Assembly: GCA_951406725.2 (NCBI GenBank)
Contig: OX597837.1
Coordinates: 34,286,001 to 34,350,000 of the forward strand
Direction: 5' to 3'
DNA from: Octopus vulgaris
Taxonomy: Eukaryota
DNA length: 64,000 bases
Of this stretch, positions 56,240 to 64,000 are shown in pieces (position 1 is the stretch's first letter; every line of letters begins with the position of its first letter). The notes under the pieces were generated by a model that had not been told where the DNA came from, made no database searches, and saw only the letters and a program-made list of their open reading frames with translations. Both the position numbers and the translations under genes were made by a program.

Positions 56240-56532
56240 TAGGTTTAATTTGTGAAAATATTTTCGTCGCTTTAAGACCGCGACCTGTTCACTGACAAAA
56301 ATCCGTGCTGCATCTCAGCACGGATGATGCAGCACGGATTTTTGTCAGTGAACAGGACGCGGTCTTAAAGCGACGAAAATATTTTGACAAATTAAACTTA
56401 AATGTTGAAGTGAATCGAACGGCTTTTGTGTGTTTCTTAAATGACTTACAAACACCTTCCACGCTGCAATTGTTTTCGTCCCAGCACACGATCTCAGATC
56501 AAATCACTTGCTATGCAAGTACATCTCCGTAA
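56240..56532. mobile_element. Repeat with a palindromic end carrying a hammerhead-like motif (G3-C8 core) on both strands
   Basis: Plus: ttgtca-GTGAACA(56348-56354)-ggacgc ggtcttaaa gcgac-GAAA(56375-56378)-ATA-TTT-tgacaa. The minus arm has the same core with a perfect gtcgc/gcgac stem II. Confidence 0.7.
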
Positions 56533-56885
56533 CATATTTAGATATAACAGATATCATTGAAATTAATATTCCCGAAAATACATGTTAACATGATGTTTTC
56601 AAGGCAATCCAAAATTATACATATATGACGACTGTGTGCGTCTGGATTCAATCCTACTGTCTGACACCATGGGGAAAATGACTTCAGTTATAGCCTCGAA
56701 CCGGCCAAGTCATTATGAGTGGATTTGGTAGACGGAAATTGAAAGAACAATAACAAAAGATCTTAAAAGCAGAGGGTTAACAATGGAACTCGCTGTCAAG
56801 GACGCTTTCAGTGTTAGAAGGTGGGATCATTTTGCTGTCACCCCAAATGCCACAAGGCACGATGAGAACCGAATGAATGAATGAA

Positions 56886-56947
<62 letters not shown>

Positions 56948-56980
56948 ATGGCGGTGCCCAGCATGCCACATATGAAATGG

Positions 56981-57782
<802 letters not shown>

Positions 57783-57858
57783 TCATCAAAATCACTTTTC
57801 GTCACGGACTCTCTCTCTCTCTTGTTTACCTTAACTTTGAAAAATACAAGAAGTATAA

Positions 57859-57949
<91 letters not shown>

Positions 57950-57955
<6 letters not shown>

Positions 57956-58479
57956 GTCTGTGTTTGTTACCTCCACCACCGCTTGACAAGCAATGTCGGT
58001 GCGTTTACGTCTCCGTAACATAGTGGTTCGGCAAAAGTGGGCGATGGAATAAGTATTAGGCTTACAAAGAGTAAGTCCTGGGGTCGGTTTCCTCGACTAA
58101 AGGCGGTGCTCCAGCATGGCCGCAGTCAAATGACTGAAACAAGTAAAAGTGTAAAAGAATAACACACACGCATGTATACGCATGCGCACACACACACACA
58201 CACACGTGTATGTATGTATATATATACTCTTTTACTTGTTTCAGTCATTTGACTGCGGCCATGCTAGGGGACAAACACAGACACACAAACACACACATAT
58301 ATATATATACATATATACGACAGGCTTCTTTCAGTTTCCGTCTACCAAATCCACTCACAAGGCTTTGGTCGGCTCGAGGCTATAGTAGAAGACACTTGCC
58401 CAAGGTGCCACGCAGTGGGACTGAACCCGGAACCATGCGGTTGGTAAACTAACTACTTACCACACAGCCACCCCTGCGC
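57950..58479. mobile_element. Two partial SINE family A copies, tail to tail (57950-58160 +, 58226-58479 -)
   Basis: Shared family motifs on opposite strands. Confidence 0.85.
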
Positions 58480-58483
58480 TATT

Positions 58484-58590
<107 letters not shown>

Positions 58591-59279
58591 GTTCTATATG
58601 CATATGTGTGTGCGTGTTTATACGCACATATATCAAAAAATAAATACACACGCGCGCACACACGTACAGACACATGCACACGTGTACACACGATAATTTC
58701 TGACGACCATTTTATCCATGTCCGTCAACACATCGTCAAATGCCAAGAAATTCCTGCTGCCCCGAAGGTGTATGTGTGTGTGTGTGTGTGTGTATGTGTG
58801 TGTATGTGTGTGTGTGTATGTGCGTGTATGTGTGTGTGCGTGTGTGCGTGTATGTGTGTGTGTGTGTATGTGTGTGTGCGTGTGTGTGTTTGTGTGTTTG
58901 TGTGTGTGTATGTGTGTGTGTGTATGTGTGTGTGTGTATATATGTGTGTGTGTGTGTGTGTGTATGTGTGTGTGCGTATATATGTGTGTGTGTGTGTGTG
59001 TGTGTGAGTGTGTGTGAGACCATTGCCTTCAAGCCATCCCTGGCCTGAAGACACGTCAGCCCCTTTCCCCGTGCATTTTTGTGGTCACGGTGTTCCCTGG
59101 GGCGGGGACGGAACGACGTGTCCATACGTCACCCCCTCCACCCTCATCATCGCACAAACATACCGTCCTTCGCCTCCTCCTCCTCCTCCTTCTTTACTTC
59201 CCACCCCCACAACATTTACTGGTTGAGAGTAGAGATCTCTGTGTCAAAGGTCAAACAGCTAAAAGGCAACAAGCCATAG

Positions 59280-59321
<42 letters not shown>

Positions 59322-59449
59322 TGTAAGTTAAATCAGAAGGTGAACAACAGTAGCAAAAACAACATGGATGGGAAGAAGTGACAAGTGGTTTAGAAGGGGG
59401 AGTTTCTGTAAGTGAGAGGTGAATGGCGTTTGTGTATATACATACACAT

Positions 59450-59524
<75 letters not shown>

Positions 59525-59575
59525 CATACATACATACATACATACATACATACATACATACACAGTGTATGGAAG

Positions 59576-59636
<61 letters not shown>

Positions 59637-59692
59637 ATATATAAGATAAAACTTACTTGGAAATGGATGCATTCAATCATATGATAATATAA

Positions 59693-59746
<54 letters not shown>

Positions 59747-60084
59747 CGTATGTGTACATACTTACATGTATACGTATATACATATGAATATATGTGAGCA
59801 CAGGACGTCACAGAACGTAAACAACATAAAATACGAAAATATGAAGTACGAAATACAAATACATGGAATATGAACTTTTCTTTGCGAACAACGAAAGAAA
59901 CAAATTGAAAACAAGACAAGCAACATAACGAACGACCCTTCATCAGTTGTCGGCTGTTTTTCTAATCCGTAGATTCGCCTTCGATAAAACAGTTGTTTCC
60001 GCAAAGCGAATTAAATAAAATTTGGGATTTTGCAGAGGGTTAAAATTGGTAACAAAAAGCAGGATATTGAAAACAAACAGGAAG

Positions 60085-60498
60085 GGTTTGATGGATTTTG
60101 TCTGACTACTAATGTTATATATAAATGCATTGTTAAAAAGGAGAGTAATTTGGATAGGTTTTATATAGGCAGTACTGTAAATTTTAAGGCCAGGTATAGG
60201 GCCCTCATGAATTCGTTTTCGAACGAAAAATATAACTCTATTACATTTGCCTCTTATAGACATGGTTTAAAGAGGAATAATAAGTTATTCTCTTGAATGG
60301 TCTGTTATATCGAGGACCCCTTATTTCAGGATTAATATTAACAAGTGTAAGCTATGCGTAAGGGAATCTCTTGCCATCCTAAAGTCTTTTGGGCCTAAAA
60401 CTTTAAATAAATTTACAGAGGTGATCCCTTTTTGCAGCCATAAGTTTTCTTCTACTTTTCTGAAAGTGTATAGAAGTAAAATTAGATGTGGTAAATAA
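60085..60498 (+). pseudogene. Penelope-like element GIY-YIG endonuclease fragment, one frameshift
   Basis: DGFCLTTNVIYKC.V...FYIGST.NFKARY...NSF.NEKY, then in the +1 frame LEWSVI...Y...KCKLCVRE.LAI...LN...E.IPFCSH, the C-terminus typical of Penelope-like elements (stop 60496-60498). Confidence 0.85.
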
Positions 60499-61424
60499 TA
60501 TTTAGTTTTACGAGGATTTGAAACCGGATCGTCAAAATTTCTATTAAAAACAGCCACCTGCATATTTGGCAATGAAATAATTCGTGTTTTTTTTTTTTTT
60601 TATTTTTGTGTGTATATGTTAGAAAATTTGGACTGGTCCTGTGATAAATTATCATCTTTAAATTAGCAATGCTACGTTGAATGAATTTTTTGGTTGGTTT
60701 TGTCTGTGTTTCCTGTCCATCTTGCACTTTAATTGTTATCGAACCGCCGTAATGAATTCCCGAAAATAGCCATAGGTGTGTTTGATTAGATTTTATGGAA
60801 CTGTTTTTGCTCCTGGACATACCATGGTTCTACGAATTGAACATTTTTGGACGTACTCTTTTGTGTGAGTAGAGTAAAAATTTTGTCTTTGTCGATTCAT
60901 ATTTTATTTTATCTTAGTTTATTTGGATTTTTAGTAGCATGACACGCTTTAGAATTTTTAGTCGATTGTATTTATTTTTCTGATAAGCAGTTCTATATAT
61001 TTATATTTTTATTCGTATACATATTTTCACCTTCTGTTTTTTCATGTATGTCTATATTTTTATATGTTTAAGAACCATGGTAATATTTCTATATGATCAA
61101 ATGTCTGACATCATGGTGTTGTATATAAAGTCGTTGACTCGAATTTGATGTCTGTTCTATGATCAATGTGTTTTTTTTTTTTATCTCTGTCTCAATTACA
61201 TTTGAGCACTTCTTTTTTTTTGCAGTCCTATAAACCCATTTGTTTCCATAAAAAGAGACAAAAGTTATTTCTTGTCATATATAAATACATACATATATAT
61301 ATATCAACAATTGCAGCATGGAAGGTGTTTGTAAGCCATTTAAGAAACACACAAAAGCCGTTCGATTCACTTCAACATTTAAGTTTAAGGTCGCGGTCCT
61401 AAAGCGACGAAAATGTTTTACATC

Positions 61425-61655
61425 GGGAGATATGTGTATTTATGAGCGAAACACCTAAGCTCCATGCGGCTCCGGCAGAAGGTAATGGCAAACTTCTGCT
61501 GACTCTTTTGCTACAAATTTCTCTCATACTTTCCCCCTGCATCTTGCAGCTCACCTGGGACGGACCGGCGTCTCGTCCAGGTGGGGAACCTATACGCCAA
61601 GGAAACCGGGAAACCGGCCCTTATGAGCCAGGCATGGCTCGAGAAGGAACAAACA
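61425..61655 (+). mobile_element. 5'-truncated SINE related to family C, with a probable V-domain-like 3' part
   Basis: GAGCGAAACACCTAAGCTCCA.G.GGCTCCGGCAG shared with family C; GGACCGGCGTCTCGTCCAGG...GAAACCGG resembles the V-SINE domain (from memory). Confidence 0.65.
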
Positions 61656-61692
61656 AAAGCTTTCAAGACAATGTCCCAGCATGGCGGCAGTT

Positions 61693-61724
<32 letters not shown>

Positions 61725-62230
61725 AATATGAACCAAGGGAAATATTGCCACAAGAGGCCAGTGGCATGTATTTGAATATCAAATATACAACATAAACTTT
61801 AGATTTATCAAAATTTATCTCCACCTCTAGGCAATGTATCGTTATTATAAAAGGCCATTGAAACCAATTTTATGCGGGAGTTTTCTTTTGTGTGTGTGTT
61901 TATATGTGAGCCTTTGTTTTTATGTGTGTGTATGTATGTGTATGGATGTATGTGTGTGTGTGGATGTATGTGCTTGTGTGTGTGTGTGTGGAGGTATGTG
62001 CTTGTGTGTGCGCGTGGATGTATGTGCTTGTGTGCGCGCGTGGATGTATGTGTGTGGATGTGTGTATGTGTGTGTTTGTGTGTGTGGATGTATGTATGGT
62101 TATGTGTGTGTATGGATGTATGTGTGTGTATGGATGTATGTATGTATGTATGTTTATGTGCTTGTATGTGAGAAAAGGAACGAGAAGTGTGAGTATGTGT
62201 ATGTACATGTACGTTTAAAGATCTGTGTAT

Positions 62231-62284
<54 letters not shown>

Positions 62285-63197
62285 CGCGTGTACGTTTTAG
62301 CTTCTGTATGTGTATGTATTTATGTAATGTACGCTTAGAAGTGCGTGTGTTTCCGTGTGTGAGAGAGATAAAGGAGAATTATAGAGGAAAGAAAGTAAAG
62401 AAAGATGGGAAGCGATGAAAAGAGGAAGAGAAATAGATACAGAAAGTGAGAAAAAGAAGGCGTAGAGAGACAGAGAGGGAGAGGGGAAGAAAGAGCGGCA
62501 GAGAGAGAGAGAGTACGCGTATGCGCATTGATGTTTTGACAGTAATCTAACCCAACTGTGTGGTTTAAGTGGGCCTTTCCATCGGGTAAGGTGTTGATTC
62601 CCATCAATCGGCGCACAGTTCCCTACTGTCCTTCTGTGTAGGAATTTAAAGGGTCACTTCAGTACTGCCCCTCCTCCTTTTCCTCCTCTTCCTTATCTTC
62701 CCGAACCCCCCCTCCCCCACCGTCCATCCCATCGCCACCACGACCAAAAAAATGTCTTCTGGTGTTACACAAGTTCAAGTTCGACCAACTCTCTCCCCCC
62801 TCTCTCTCCTCCATTCCCTCCCTCTCTCTCTCTCTCTCCTCCATTCCCTCCCTCTCTCTCCCCTCCATTCCCCCTCTTTCTCTCTCTCCTCCCCCTCTCT
62901 CTCCTCCATTCCCTCTCTGCTAGTTTCATTCTCCCTCTTTCGCACCCCGCCTTTGGGTTTCTTTCTTTCTTTCTTGTTTGTTTGTCTCCTCTGCTCACTT
63001 TCTCTCTCTACTTATCTACATCTCCCCCTCCCCCTCTCTCTCTATCTATCTATTTGTCTGTCCAGCTACAGACACACATGAATATAGATTTTTATCTGCG
63101 CATACATACATACATGTATGTATATAGATGCATATATGCATAGATATATGTATGTATATATACATACATGTATGATATGCATATATATATATATATA

Positions 63198-63395
63198 TAA
63201 GTTAATCCAAACAAGAAAGCACAAAAAAGCACAACAACGCGAGGACGTGGAACAAATATAGTATTATTGGACGCTCAGGAAAGAAGGAGGGCTTAACGTT
63301 TCGAGCGGAGCTCTTCGTCGGAAACATAGGAGAAGGAAAGATCCAGAGAAGGGAAGACAGAGGGGAAAAAATCGCCAACGGTACACACGAGGTCT
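63198..63395 (-). mobile_element. Hammerhead-bearing short repeat, close relative of 52700-52910
   Basis: Minus: gttt-CCGACGA-agagctccgctc-GAAA-C-GTT-aagc (U4>C variant); flanks align to 52700-52910. Confidence 0.8.
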
Positions 63396-63756
63396 ATATA
63401 TATATACATGTATGATATGAATATAATGTATGTATATATATGTGTGTGTGTATATATATATATACATACATAAATACATGCATGCAAACATCAGGACACC
63501 ATTGTTTAGTGCGTAGGATCCCTCGAAATATAGGACAAGATCTTGCAAGAACCTGGGGTTCAATGGCCCATAGCTCTTCAATATCCTCTTGAATGAGCTG
63601 AGAAACCTCCATGGTGTGGAGGTAGATGTCTGCAAACCCAAACTGGATCTCCCGTATTGTACTAACGGCTCCTCGCGCATTTATATAGGGATATTCTCAG
63701 ATAAACAGGTAGGAACGGACTGTGTCCTGCGAAGAATGTATGGAGGAGGCTAATAA

Positions 63757-63930
63757 GGGCGTGGCTCTGTGGTTAAGAAGCTTGCTTCCTAACAGTATTG
63801 TCCTGGGTTCAGTCCTACTTTATGGTAGCTTAAGCAAGTGTCTTCAACTATAGCTGCGGTTAAACCTTTCAAAACTGTGCCCCAGCATGGCCGCTTTCCA
63901 ATGACTGAAACACGTGAAAGATAAAACATG
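63757..63930 (+). mobile_element. SINE family A, old and internally deleted
   Basis: A and B boxes plus the CCAGCATGGCCGC...ATGACTGAAACA tail. Confidence 0.75.
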
Positions 63931-64000
63931 CAAAATAAACATCAGGAGCTGAGAGTGTGGCCCAGAAACGAAATCTGGGGGGGGCACATTGCGAGCTAAT

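Noticed and set aside
63757-63765. GC/KLF box upstream of the minus-strand TATA candidate
   Set aside because: It is the first bases of a SINE family A head.

Overview
Eukaryotic, AT-rich, microsatellite-saturated DNA that looks intronic or intergenic. The SINE families and the extreme (TA)n/(CA)n/(TACA)n/(TATC)n/(ACC)n load suggest an octopod cephalopod; this is my recognition, not a database result. I can support no intact host protein-coding gene, and nearly all listed ORFs are translations of simple repeats. Recognisable content: about 20 copies of one tRNA-headed SINE, two further SINE families, three MITE-like elements with nested SINEs, and decayed Tc1, mariner (x2), RTE, R4/Dong-like, R2-like and Penelope GIY-YIG fragments. 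The most striking signal is about 20 minimal type-I hammerhead ribozyme (HHR) motifs, intact or decayed, in short Penelope-type or retrozyme-like elements. These occur as single copies, direct-repeat-bounded units, a tandem dimer and palindromes with one ribozyme per strand. Several carry compensatory changes in the tertiary 3-8 core pair (U3-A8 and G3-C8 instead of C3-G8). All structures were paired by eye, and none has been tested for activity.
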